From the NCBI GenBank assembly GCA_017526045.1, contig JAFXRX010000269.1, forward strand, positions 1-39,854: DNA of 39,854 nucleotides, read 5' to 3'. Every line of letters begins with the position of its first letter. The stretch's first letter is position 1. Positions 29,193 to 38,766 of the stretch are shown here, piece after piece. The notes under the pieces are model-generated. The model was not told the DNA's origin. It searched no databases and saw nothing but the letters and a program-made list of their open reading frames with translations. This DNA is from Opitutales bacterium. GTDB lineage: Bacteria; Verrucomicrobiota; Verrucomicrobiia; Opitutales; Intestinicryptomonadaceae. Made by a program: the position numbers and the translations under genes.

Positions 29193-31499
29193 CTACTTTT
29201 TTACGCACATGAGTTCGAAGCGGATTTTGCCGCCGCGCTCCGTCTTTTCGATGCCGTGGATTTCGCTTGCGTATCCGCAGAATTTGTTTTCGAACGCCTC
29301 GCGCGCCTTGAGGTATTCGAAAACCGCACGCGATTTTTTGTTCACTATTTCCCCTCCCATGAGCATCGGAATGCCCGGCGGGTAGGGGACTATCATTACG
29401 GCGGGTATGCGCCCAAACAGGTCTTTTAATTCGACAAACTCGACGTTTTTGCCGACGAGATTTCTGTACGCCTCGGAGGGCTTCATGGCCTGGTCGGGCA
29501 TGGCGTCGAAAGATTCGTGCATAAGCCGCAGAATTTCGCGCTCCTTTATGAATTCGTGGATTTGTTGGCAGTGGTCGCGTAGCCCGACGCCCATGTATTT
29601 CGGGTATTTTTGGGTGAAGTGCGGCATGGCCTCCTCCATCGGCGCGTTGGTGTCGTACAAATTTTTGAAGTGCAAAAGCGCCGAGAGCAGCGTCTCCTGC
29701 TTTGCGCGGTTTGTGCCAAGCGAATTTAAAAGCAGGAACGAATAGTAGTCGGTCTTTTCGCAGACAATCCCCTCGCCCTGCAAATAGTTTGTTACAACCT
29801 CGGCGGGAATGCCGGTTTCCGCCATCGAGCCGTCGGGGTTTATCCCGGGCGTTATGAACGTAAGCTTTATCGGGTCGAGCATCGCGTAGTTTTCCTCGAT
29901 GCCGTCGAAGCCGTGCCAGTCGTCCGAAGAATTTAAAATCCACGCGCTTTGGGTCGAGGCAAGGTAGGCAGTCGGCGCGTCTTCGAAGTCCATGATTTCG
30001 CCGCCGACTTTTACCTTGCGCGGCTGCCAGATTTCAAAGAACCAGTCGTTGGGGTTGCGCGCTTTGAGCTCGCGCGAAATTTTCGCGGCGGTTTTTCTAA
30101 GCCCCACCGCCATCATGATTACGTCTTTCCACATGCTTTCGCCGCTGTCTTCCATCATTCTTGTTGCGACGTCGAGCGAGGCTATCATGTTGTACTGCGG
30201 AGATGTCGAGGCGTGCATCATGTAGGCTTCGTTGAGCTCGTGGGGGCAGACTTTTTTTGAGCCGCCGTTTTTGACGTGCAGCATCGACGCCTGCGAGAAC
30301 GCCGTAAGCAGCTTGTGGGTCGACTGCGCCACGTATATCGGCGGGGTCTTTTCCGACTCGCCCTCGTCGGCGGACATTCCGAAAAATCCGTCGTAAATCG
30401 GGTAGAATTTTGCGTAGGCGTACCAGGCTTCGTCGAAGTGTATGTTTTCGGCGACTTCTTCGAGCGCGCGCTTTAAAATTTTTACGTTGTAGCAGACCCC
30501 GTCGTAGGTCGAGTTTGTAAGGGCCGCGATTTTGAGCTTTTTGTCGCGGGGCAATTCGGGGATTATTTCGCGCTTTTTTATCTTTTGGCGTATTGCCTTT
30601 TCAGTCAGCTCCGAAAGGCGCACGGGCCCCATAATCCCCCAGCGGTTGCGCCGCGGCTTCATGTAAATCGGGAAAGTGTCGGTGTTTACAATCGAGTAGT
30701 TGAGCGACTTGTGGCAGTTGCGGTCGACAAAGACAATGTCGTCTGGCAGCGCGACGCTGCGCCAGATTATCTGGTTTACGTTGGAGGTGCCGTTTAGCAC
30801 GTAATAGGTCAAGTCCGCCCCAAAAACCCGCGCGGAATTTTTTTCGGCGTCTCCAATCACGCCGCTATGCTCGAGCAGCGAGCCGAGCTCCGGCGCGGAA
30901 ATCGAAAGGTCGCTCCTGAAAATATTTTCGCCGAAAAATTTGAAGAGAGCAACGCCCGAGGGGTTGCGCAAAAAGCCCGTGCCGCCCATGTGCCCGGGCG
31001 TGTGCCACGCGTATTTGTACTCTTCGGAATAGTCGATGAGCTTGCCGAAAAACGGAGGGTAGAGCCCCTTGACGTACTTTATCAGATGCCTTTCAATTCT
31101 GCCCGCCAAAAATTCGATTGTGTCGGAAGTTTTCCAGAGGCAGCCCGTCAGCTGGTTTATGACTTCCAGCGGGATGTCGCTTGCCTCGAGCCAGTCGGTC
31201 AGCAAAAACACGGGTATTTTGAGGTTGCGCTTGCGTATCGCGCTCAGAACCGAGGCGGGGCTGTGCTTGGCGTCGGGGTTGGTGCGGTTTATGTCCCAGT
31301 CGATGACGACCGCGCCGAAGTCGGTGCGCCGCAGCAAAAGCTCTATGGCGTCTTCATACGAAAGGCAGGGGACGATTTTGCATTCGTGCTCCTCCTCGAG
31401 CTCGTGGGTTAATTCGCGCAGGCGGAAGCTCTCGTCGTTGCGGGTGTCGAATTGGTTTGATACTATTAGAATCGGCCAGGATTCTTTTACGATTTTCAT
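29193..31499 (-). CDS. Large (wing-domain) Lys/Arg/Orn decarboxylase, PLP fold type I
   Basis: Receiver-like N-terminal domain, HTPGHMGG, NGTS, DRNCHKS, HFDEAW, QSTHK (PLP lysine) and PYPPGIP. Confidence 0.93.
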   Translation of the reverse strand: MKIVKESWPILIVSNQFDTRNDESFRLRELTHELEEEHECKIVPCLSYEDAIELLLRRTDFGAVVIDWDINRTNPDAKHSPASVLSAIRKRNLKIPVFLLTDWLEASDIPLEVINQLTGCLWKTSDTIEFLAGRIERHLIKYVKGLYPPFFGKLIDYSEEYKYAWHTPGHMGGTGFLRNPSGVALFKFFGENIFRSDLSISAPELGSLLEHSGVIGDAEKNSARVFGADLTYYVLNGTSNVNQIIWRSVALPDDIVFVDRNCHKSLNYSIVNTDTFPIYMKPRRNRWGIMGPVRLSELTEKAIRQKIKKREIIPELPRDKKLKIAALTNSTYDGVCYNVKILKRALEEVAENIHFDEAWYAYAKFYPIYDGFFGMSADEGESEKTPPIYVAQSTHKLLTAFSQASMLHVKNGGSKKVCPHELNEAYMMHASTSPQYNMIASLDVATRMMEDSGESMWKDVIMMAVGLRKTAAKISRELKARNPNDWFFEIWQPRKVKVGGEIMDFEDAPTAYLASTQSAWILNSSDDWHGFDGIEENYAMLDPIKLTFITPGINPDGSMAETGIPAEVVTNYLQGEGIVCEKTDYYSFLLLNSLGTNRAKQETLLSALLHFKNLYDTNAPMEEAMPHFTQKYPKYMGVGLRDHCQQIHEFIKEREILRLMHESFDAMPDQAMKPSEAYRNLVGKNVEFVELKDLFGRIPAVMIVPYPPGIPMLMGGEIVNKKSRAVFEYLKAREAFENKFCGYASEIHGIEKTERGGKIRFELMCVKK

Positions 31500-31741
31500 C
31501 TTGTATTGTTTTAAAAAAATTGCGTTTTGCGTTTTGCGTCGGCGCGAAGCTTTTGCATGAATTAAAAACCATCGACATCTTTTTTGTATCGCGCCTTAAA
31601 TTGTTTTATGAGATTGCGGCTTTTGTAAAATTTATCAAGCAAAATAGAAATTTTTTTTGGGGCTTTTGCCCGGGGCGGCGCAAGCTTTTTTGCTTGTAAA
31701 ATGCCGCCCTTTATATTGCTATGTTTTGGCGTATTTTTAAT

Positions 31742-32707
31742 ATGGATTTGGCAGCGGACATAATAAGCGGGCTCAGGCTCGATTTAGGCGGGGCTTTGGA
31801 TTTTGCAAGCCGCGCGGATACCGCCGAGCTTTGCCGCGCCGCCGACGCCGTGCGCGGGCATTTTTTCGGCAACAAAATCGAGACTTGCTCGATTGTAAAC
31901 GCGCGCTCGGGCAGATGCCCCGAAAACTGCAAGTGGTGCGCCCAGTCCGCGCACAGCAAAACCTCCGCGGAAGTCTATCCGCTGATGTCTTCGGGCGCGC
32001 TTTTGGCTGCGGCGAAGGCTTCGGACGAGGCGAAAATCGAGAGGTTTAGCATTGTTACTTCTGGCAGAACGCTTACGGACGCCGACGTCGAGGCGGTCGC
32101 ATGCGCCTTCAAAAAAATGCGCGCGCAAACGGGCTTGAAGCTTTGCGGCTCTTTGGGGCTTCTTACAAAGCCGCAGCTTCAAAAGCTGTTTGAGGCGGGC
32201 ATGACGCGCTACCACTGCAACCTCGAAACCGCGCCTTCGTTTTTCCCCAAGCTTTGCTCGACACACACAATTCAAGACAAAATCCGCACCATAAATTGGG
32301 CGAGGGAAGTCGGGCTTCAAATTTGCTCGGGCGGGATTATCGGCATGGGCGAGACTTTCGAGCAGCGCGTCGAGCTTGCAATCGCCCTGCGCGAAGTCGG
32401 TTCGATGTCTATTCCCGTAAATATTTTAAACCCGATAAAGGGCACGCCGCTCGAAAATTCAAAAAGGCTTTCAAACGACGAAATTTTGCGGGCGTTTGCG
32501 ATGTTCAGACTTATAAATCCGGCAGCGCACATACGCTTTGCGGGCGGCAGAATTTTGGTGGGGGACTTGCAAAAGTCGCTTCTAAAAAGCGGCGTAAGCG
32601 CGGCGATTGTCGGCGATATGCTTACGACTGTCGGCGCGAAAGTCTCCGACGACTTCGCGATGTTTGGGGAACTCGGCTATGACTTTGAACGAACTTCTCA
32701 AATTTGA
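31742..32707 (+). CDS. bioB: Biotin synthase
   Basis: Radical SAM motif CPENCKWC, YHCNLET and CSGGIIGMGE; start at 31742 or 31721. Confidence 0.96.
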   Translation: MDLAADIISGLRLDLGGALDFASRADTAELCRAADAVRGHFFGNKIETCSIVNARSGRCPENCKWCAQSAHSKTSAEVYPLMSSGALLAAAKASDEAKIERFSIVTSGRTLTDADVEAVACAFKKMRAQTGLKLCGSLGLLTKPQLQKLFEAGMTRYHCNLETAPSFFPKLCSTHTIQDKIRTINWAREVGLQICSGGIIGMGETFEQRVELAIALREVGSMSIPVNILNPIKGTPLENSKRLSNDEILRAFAMFRLINPAAHIRFAGGRILVGDLQKSLLKSGVSAAIVGDMLTTVGAKVSDDFAMFGELGYDFERTSQI

Positions 32708-33974
32708 CAGGGAGCACATTTGGCACCCCTACACTTCCGCGCTGCATCCGCTGGAAGCCTGCGCCGTCGATTCCGCCGAGGGCTCCGTCATACGCCTTGC
32801 GGACGGGCGGGAGCTTGTCGATGGAATGTCGTCTTGGTGGGCTGTCGTGCACGGCTACAACAACCCGCGCATAAACGCCGCAATTTCCGCCCAGCTAAAA
32901 AAAATGAGCCATGTAATGTTCGGGGGGCTTACGCACGAGCCAGCCGTAAGCCTTGCGCAAAAGCTTTTGCAAATGGCTCCGCAAAATTTGCGGCACGTCT
33001 TCTTTTGCGACTCGGGTTCTGTAAGCGTCGAAGTCGCGATGAAAATGGCTCTGCAATATTGGAACTCGCGCGGAGAGCACGCAAAGACGAAGTTTGCCAC
33101 AATTCGGCTCGGCTACCACGGCGACACATGGAACGCGATGTCGGTTTGCGACCCAATTACGGGCATGCACAAAATTTTTGCGGGGGCTCTTGCGCCGCAG
33201 ATTTTCACGCACTCTCCGCGCGTCCCGTTCGGCGGCGCCTGGGATGCGTCCGACCTCGACGAACTGCGCGAAACATTCGAGAGGCGGGGCGGGGAAATCG
33301 CGGCTCTTATTTTGGAGCCGATTGTCCAGGGCGCGGGGGCGATGCGCTTTTACCACCCCGAATTTTTGAGGGGTGCGCGCAAATTGTGCGACGAATACAA
33401 AATACTTTTAATTTGCGACGAAATCGCGACGGGCTTTGGCAGGACGGGCAAAATGTTTGCATGCGAGCACGCCGAAATCTCCCCCGACATAATGTGTCTT
33501 GGCAAGGCGATTACGGGCGGGTATTTGAGCTTTGCCGCGACCCTTGCAAGCAGGGATGTGGCAATGACAATCTCCGAAGGCGAGGCGGGCGTGTTCATGC
33601 ACGGGCCGACTTTTATGGCAAACCCGCTCGCCTGCGCCGCCGCAAACGCAAGCTTGGAGCTCGCCTGCGAGGAGGGCTATTTGGGCAATGTTTTGCGGAT
33701 TGAAAAATTCTTCAAGGAAAATCTCGAAGAGGCGCGCGGCATTGAGTGCGTCGCCGATGTCAGGGTGCTTGGCGCGATTGGCGTTGTGGAAATGAAAGAG
33801 CCCGTCGACGTTCGGCAAATGCAGCGGGAATTTGTGTCAAGGGGCGTGTGGGTAAGGCCGTTTGGCAGGCTTGTGTATCTGATGCCGCCATTTGTGATAG
33901 AGGAGGCGCAGCTGCAAAAATTAACGTGCGCGCTAAAGGAAGTTTTAAAGAAAAAAAATGTTCGAGGAAATTGA
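32679..33974 (+). CDS. bioA: DAPA aminotransferase
   Basis: HIWHPYT, DGMSSWW, SGSVSVEVA, DEIATGFGRTG and GKAITGG; start at ATG 32679. Confidence 0.96.
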   Translation: MTLNELLKFDREHIWHPYTSALHPLEACAVDSAEGSVIRLADGRELVDGMSSWWAVVHGYNNPRINAAISAQLKKMSHVMFGGLTHEPAVSLAQKLLQMAPQNLRHVFFCDSGSVSVEVAMKMALQYWNSRGEHAKTKFATIRLGYHGDTWNAMSVCDPITGMHKIFAGALAPQIFTHSPRVPFGGAWDASDLDELRETFERRGGEIAALILEPIVQGAGAMRFYHPEFLRGARKLCDEYKILLICDEIATGFGRTGKMFACEHAEISPDIMCLGKAITGGYLSFAATLASRDVAMTISEGEAGVFMHGPTFMANPLACAAANASLELACEEGYLGNVLRIEKFFKENLEEARGIECVADVRVLGAIGVVEMKEPVDVRQMQREFVSRGVWVRPFGRLVYLMPPFVIEEAQLQKLTCALKEVLKKKNVRGN

Positions 33975-35103
33975 CGCCATAAAAAAACAGGGTCTTTACC
34001 GCAGCTTAAAAACTTTCAGGGTTGCGGGCGCAAAAGTTTTTGACGGGCGGAAAAGCTATTTGAATTTTTCCTCAAACGACTATTTGGGCATCGCCTCGCG
34101 CCTCGACTTTCAGGAGGAATTTTTGCGGGAGTGCGCAAAGAGCGGCGAATTTTTGATGGGCTCGACGTCGTCGCGGCTGCTCGTGGGCTCTTCGAAGGCG
34201 TTCGAAGAGGCGGAGGCGGAATTTTCCGCGGCGTTTAATAAAAGCTGCCTTCTTTTCAACAGCGGCTACCATGCAAACACGGGCATTATTCCCGCGCTAT
34301 GCGGCGAGGGCGACTTGATTTTGGCGGACAAGCTCGCGCACGCAAGCCTCATCGACTGCCTGAAATTAAGCGGCGCAAAGTGGCTGAGGTTCGCGCACAA
34401 CGACATGGATCATTTAAAATCGCTGCTTGAAAAAAACCGCCCGCACTTCCGCCGCGCGTTCATAATAACAGAAAGCGTTTTCAGCATGGACGGCGACTTC
34501 GCCCCGCTCAAGGAGCTTGTCGAAATCAAAAACAATTTCGGGGCGATGCTGTATGTCGACGAGGCTCACGGCTTCGGCGTTTTCGGCGAGGGCGGGCTTG
34601 GAAGGTGCGCGGCTCTCGGGCTTGCGGCGGACGTCGATTTTATCATGTGCACGCTCGGCAAGGCGCTTGCAAGCGAGGGCGCGTTTGTGGCGTGCTCCGA
34701 AGAGGCGCGGGAAATGCTTGTGAACCGCTCGCGCTCCTTGATTTTTACGACAGCTATGCCGCCTTTGAACGTTTTGTGGACGCTCTTTTCTTTCCGCAAA
34801 ATGCGCAAAATGGATTTTGAAAGGCGGCATTTGGGCTCGATTGCGGCGCGGTTTAGAAATTCGATAAAAAGCGCGCAGGTTTTGGGCGGGAGCCAGATTG
34901 TCCCCGCCGTCGTCGGGGACGCTGCAAAGTGCGTGGAAATCGCAAAAGCTTTGGCGCAATGCGGCGTCATGGCATCGGCAGTGCGCTATCCGACAGTCGC
35001 AAAAAATTCGGCGCGGATAAGGTTTTCGCTTTCCGCCGCGCTTTCGGAATGCGATGTTGATTTTTGCGCGCAGAGTTTTAACAATATCTTTAATTCACAA
35101 TGA
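33958..35103 (+). CDS. bioF: 8-amino-7-oxononanoate synthase
   Basis: SSNDYLG, SGYHAN, HASL, FSMDGD, DEAHG and TLGKA. Confidence 0.95.
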   Translation: MFEEIDAIKKQGLYRSLKTFRVAGAKVFDGRKSYLNFSSNDYLGIASRLDFQEEFLRECAKSGEFLMGSTSSRLLVGSSKAFEEAEAEFSAAFNKSCLLFNSGYHANTGIIPALCGEGDLILADKLAHASLIDCLKLSGAKWLRFAHNDMDHLKSLLEKNRPHFRRAFIITESVFSMDGDFAPLKELVEIKNNFGAMLYVDEAHGFGVFGEGGLGRCAALGLAADVDFIMCTLGKALASEGAFVACSEEAREMLVNRSRSLIFTTAMPPLNVLWTLFSFRKMRKMDFERRHLGSIAARFRNSIKSAQVLGGSQIVPAVVGDAAKCVEIAKALAQCGVMASAVRYPTVAKNSARIRFSLSAALSECDVDFCAQSFNNIFNSQ

Positions 35104-36506
35104 AAATTTCTTGGATAAAAAAGGAAAATTCGCCGAATTTGATTATCTTTTTCGGCGGCTTTGCCTGCGACGAAAATCTGCTTAAGCCCTTCGGCTTCGG
35201 GGAGTCGGACGTTGCGATGTTTTACGACTACTCCGGCTTGGAAGCGGACGTGCCGCAGGAGTTTTTCGAGTATTCGCGCGTTGACGTTGCCGCGTGGTCG
35301 TTCGGCGTGTGGGTTGCCGATTTCATGAAAGACAGGCTGCCGCAGGCGCGCACGCGCATTGCCATTTGCGGCTCGACAAGCCCCGTGCACGACAGCTTGG
35401 GAATCCCGCGCGGGATTTTCGAGGGGACTGCGGCAAACTTTTCCGAAAGCTCGCGCGAAAAATTTTTGCTGCGCGTATTCGGGGCCGCGAACTTCAAGGC
35501 GTGCAAGAATTTGCTTGCCGCGCGCTCCGTCAAGGAGGAGAAGGCGGAGCTTCAAAATCTCGGCGAAAAATTCGGCGCGTTCCGCGCGAGCCCCGAAAAC
35601 TGGACGAGGGCAATCGCCGCCAAAAACGACAAAATTTTTCCGCTTGCAAACCTTAAAAACGTTTGGGGCGACAAGCTCGAAGTCGTGGCGGGCGAGCACT
35701 TCCCGCTCTCGCTTTTCCAATGCGGCATCGAAAAGCTTTTCGCGGATGCGCGCGAGGTCGGCAAGAGCTTTGAAAAGTCTTTCGCAATTTACGAAAAATC
35801 CGCGCGCGTGCAAAAGCGAATCGCGGAGAGGCTTGCGCATCTTACGCTGAAGCGCGTAAACGCAGGCGAAGTGAAATCGGTTTTGGAAATCGGGGTGGGG
35901 ACGGGCTTTTTGACGGAAATTCTCGCCTCCGAAATCAAGAACGCGCACTGGTATCTCAACGACTTGAGCGCGCGCAGCATCGACTACGTGCGCGGAATTT
36001 TTGAGACGCCGCCGACGTTCATCGCGGGAGATGCGCAAATCCAGGAGCTGCCCGCGAATATGGATTTGATTGTGTCGTCCTCGTGCTTCCAGTGGTTCGA
36101 TTCTCTCGGAGACTTCATCGAGCGCCTCGCAAAAATTTCCTCTAAAAACGCGGTCATGGCGTTTTCGACATTTCTGCCCGACAACTTCCGCGAAATCCGC
36201 GCGCTGACGGGCAAGGGGCTGAATTATGTCGGGATTGTGGGGATAGAGGCGATGATAAAGCGCGCAGGCTTCGAGCTTTTGTGCGCGGAGGCGGAGACTA
36301 TCAAGCTCAATTTCAAAAAGCCCGCCGACGTGCTGCGGCACTTGCGCGACACGGGCGTTACGGGGACTTTCGCGGAGTTTTGGACGCCCTCGAAAATGAA
36401 GGCGTTCTCGCGCCAGTACACCGATTTCTTCTCCGACGCAGGCGGGGTTTCGCTGACGTACCGCCCCGCGTATTTCGTCGCAAAATACAAGGGCTTGGAA
36501 GGGTAG
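35100..36506 (+). CDS. bioC: BioG (DUF452 esterase)-BioC (malonyl-ACP O-methyltransferase) fusion
   Basis: N-terminal half has AWSFG nucleophile elbow, DKIF and GEHFP; C-terminal half has LEIGVGTG, NDLS, QWF and LTYRP; one continuous ORF. Confidence 0.88.
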   Translation: MKISWIKKENSPNLIIFFGGFACDENLLKPFGFGESDVAMFYDYSGLEADVPQEFFEYSRVDVAAWSFGVWVADFMKDRLPQARTRIAICGSTSPVHDSLGIPRGIFEGTAANFSESSREKFLLRVFGAANFKACKNLLAARSVKEEKAELQNLGEKFGAFRASPENWTRAIAAKNDKIFPLANLKNVWGDKLEVVAGEHFPLSLFQCGIEKLFADAREVGKSFEKSFAIYEKSARVQKRIAERLAHLTLKRVNAGEVKSVLEIGVGTGFLTEILASEIKNAHWYLNDLSARSIDYVRGIFETPPTFIAGDAQIQELPANMDLIVSSSCFQWFDSLGDFIERLAKISSKNAVMAFSTFLPDNFREIRALTGKGLNYVGIVGIEAMIKRAGFELLCAEAETIKLNFKKPADVLRHLRDTGVTGTFAEFWTPSKMKAFSRQYTDFFSDAGGVSLTYRPAYFVAKYKGLEG

Positions 36507-36509
36507 GAT

Positions 36510-37133
36510 ATGGAGGTTTATTTTGTAAGCGGCATCGACACTTCCTGCGGCAAGACTTACGCAACGGGCGTCTTGGCGCGGCGCGAGCTTGAGCGCGGCA
36601 AAAAAGCGATAACGCAGAAGTTCGTGCAGACGGGCTGCGAGGGAATTTCCGAGGACATTATCGCGCACCGCAAGGCGATGGGCGTCGGGCTTTTCAAGGA
36701 GGACGAGGACGGCACGACTTGCCCGTACGTCTTCAAGTTCCCCGCCTCGGCTCACCTCGCCTCGCGCATGGAAAACGTCGAAATAAATTTGGATAAAATC
36801 GCGCGCGCCACGAAAATTCTCGCGCAAAAATACGACGTCGTTTTCATCGAGGGCGCGGGCGGGCTGATGGTTCCCGTTCTCGAAAACTTTTTGACTATAG
36901 ACTACATCTTGCGCGAAAAGCTGCCGCTAATTCTGGTTGTCAGCGCGAAGCTGGGCTCCATAAACCACGCGCTTTTGAGCCTTGAAGTTTGCAAAAACCG
37001 CGGGGTGGACGTCGCAAAAATCGTCTATAACGACTTCCCAAAAGAGGACGCCCGCCTGAGCGCCGAGACGCGCGAATACGTAAAAAAATACGCGGCAAAA
37101 CTTTTCCCGAACGCCGAATTTTTGCCCATATGA
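36510..37133 (+). CDS. bioD: Dethiobiotin synthase
   Basis: SGIDTSCGKT, KFVQTG, EGAGG and LGSINH. Confidence 0.95.
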   Translation: MEVYFVSGIDTSCGKTYATGVLARRELERGKKAITQKFVQTGCEGISEDIIAHRKAMGVGLFKEDEDGTTCPYVFKFPASAHLASRMENVEINLDKIARATKILAQKYDVVFIEGAGGLMVPVLENFLTIDYILREKLPLILVVSAKLGSINHALLSLEVCKNRGVDVAKIVYNDFPKEDARLSAETREYVKKYAAKLFPNAEFLPI

Positions 37134-37699
37134 CGGAGGCGCATTTGCTCAGTCCCTTCCTGCCGCGCGGCGCGAGGTTCTTGATGCTCGGCTCTTTCCC
37201 GCCGAAAGTCGAGAGGTGGTCGATGAATTTTTACTACCCCAACTGGCAAAACGACATGTGGCGGATTTTCGGGCTTGCCTTCTTTGGCGACAGGAATTTT
37301 TTTGCGGACTTGGAGGCGCGCAAATTCAGGGAGGCTCAAATTAAAAAATTTTTGAGCGAGAAAAAAATCGGGGTCGCCGACAGCGCAAAAGTCGTCTCGC
37401 GCCTAAAAAACAACGCAAGCGACGCGCATTTGCATATTGTCGAGCCGCTCGACATTTTGGAAGTCCTCAAAAAAATCCCAAGCTGCATTGCCGTTGCCGC
37501 GACGGGGCAAAAGGCTCTCGAGACAGTTTTAAAATCAGTGAACGCCGTCGCCCCGAAGCTCGGCGAATTTGCGCAATTTGAGGCGCACGGCAAATCTTTC
37601 AGGCTCTTTAGAATGCCCTCCTCGTCGCGCGCCTACCCGATGCCGCTTGAAGAAAAGGCGGCGTTTTACAGGCGCATGTTTGAGATGTGCGGAATATAA
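37130..37699 (+). CDS. Uracil-DNA glycosylase superfamily protein (MUG/family-6-like)
   Basis: LMLGSFPP, FYYPN..NDMWRI and MPSSSRA; ATGA overlap with bioD. Confidence 0.8.
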   Translation: MTEAHLLSPFLPRGARFLMLGSFPPKVERWSMNFYYPNWQNDMWRIFGLAFFGDRNFFADLEARKFREAQIKKFLSEKKIGVADSAKVVSRLKNNASDAHLHIVEPLDILEVLKKIPSCIAVAATGQKALETVLKSVNAVAPKLGEFAQFEAHGKSFRLFRMPSSSRAYPMPLEEKAAFYRRMFEMCGI

Positions 37700-37724
37700 A
37701 AATTCTTGCGCAAAAATTTTTTTT

Positions 37725-37758
37725 ATTGTAGAAACGCGCAAGAAATCATTTCAACAAT
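37725..37758. promoter_or_regulatory. Dyad operator-like site upstream of the ECF metal transporter
   Basis: attgtagaaa-N14-tttcaacaat, with 9/10 arm symmetry. Confidence 0.45.
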
Positions 37759-37782
37759 CTTATATAAAAGAGGAGATAAACT

Positions 37783-38766
37783 ATGCACATGGCAGACGCT
37801 TTGGTGTCCCCGGCGGTCGGGGGCGCGATGCTTGCAACGAGCGCGGTTTTAATCGGCATAAGCGCGCGCAACGTCCGCAAGAACTTCGACAATTCTAAAA
37901 TTCCGCTCATGGGCGTGATGGGCGCGTTCGTCTTCGCAATGCAGATGATAAATTTTACAATACCCGGGACGGGGTCGAGCGGGCACATCGCAGGCGGGGT
38001 GATGCTCGCGGCTTTGCTGGGCTCTTACCCCGCGTTCTTGGTGCTTAGCGCGGTATTGATAATACAGGCTCTCTTTTTTGCCGACGGCGGGCTGCTGGCG
38101 TACGGCTGCAACGTTTTCAACATGGGCTTTTGGTCGTGCTTCATCGCCTACCCGCTTGTCTTTAAGCCGATAGCAAAAGACTATTCAAGCAACGGCAGAA
38201 TTTTTGCGGCGTCGATTTTGGCGGGGATTGTCGGCCTGCAGCTCGGCGCCTTCTGCGTGGTTTTGGAGACTTTGTGCTCGGGCATCACGGAGCTGCCGTT
38301 TAAGGTTTTCGCGGGGCTCATGCAGCCGATACACCTTGCAATCGGGGCTGTGGAAGGCGTGCTGACGGGCATGCTGATTGTATTTTTGAAGTCGGCCCGC
38401 CCCGAGCTTTTTGCGGGGCAAAACGCGGCGCAGAGCGCGCCTTTGAAATTGGTTTGCGGGTATTTGCTGCTCGCCTCGTTTGCGATTGCGGGCGCGCTTT
38501 CGCTCTTGGCTTCGGAAAATCCCGACGGGCTGGAATGGTCTATTTTCAAGGCAACCGGCAAGGAGGAGCTTTCGGCAAGCGGCGCGGTTTACGAATTTCT
38601 GGAAAAGGCGCAGGCTAAGCTTTCAGTGTTTGCGGACTACGCAATTGCAAGCATGGGCGATGGCGCGCTCAGCGCGGTTTTTGCGGGGCTTGCCGGCGTT
38701 TTGATTGTGGCGGCGGCCGTCGTGCTTGCGGCGCGAATTTTGAAGGCAAGGCATAGTGAAAGATAG
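37783..38766 (+). CDS. cbiM: ECF Ni/Co transporter substrate component (CbiM/NikM fused to a PDGLE/NikN domain)
   Basis: N-terminal MHMAD metal-binding start, SSGH, QALFFADGG and ASENPDGLE; strong SD AGAGGAG. Confidence 0.9.
   Translation: MHMADALVSPAVGGAMLATSAVLIGISARNVRKNFDNSKIPLMGVMGAFVFAMQMINFTIPGTGSSGHIAGGVMLAALLGSYPAFLVLSAVLIIQALFFADGGLLAYGCNVFNMGFWSCFIAYPLVFKPIAKDYSSNGRIFAASILAGIVGLQLGAFCVVLETLCSGITELPFKVFAGLMQPIHLAIGAVEGVLTGMLIVFLKSARPELFAGQNAAQSAPLKLVCGYLLLASFAIAGALSLLASENPDGLEWSIFKATGKEELSASGAVYEFLEKAQAKLSVFADYAIASMGDGALSAVFAGLAGVLIVAAAVVLAARILKARHSER

Noticed and set aside
31500-31741. BirA operator or riboswitch upstream of bioB and the decarboxylase
   Set aside because: Only TTGTAAAA half-like words, with no matching inverted half-site or conserved riboswitch core.
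34986-36827. Long antisense or alternative-frame ORFs (613 aa here; also 3782-5011, 3654-4742, 406-1404, 32720-33703)
   Set aside because: Shadow ORFs of well-supported genes, expected with GC-rich codon usage; no recognisable motifs.
37700-37782. Cobalamin riboswitch before cbiM
   Set aside because: The gap is too short and AT-rich, and there is no B12-box.
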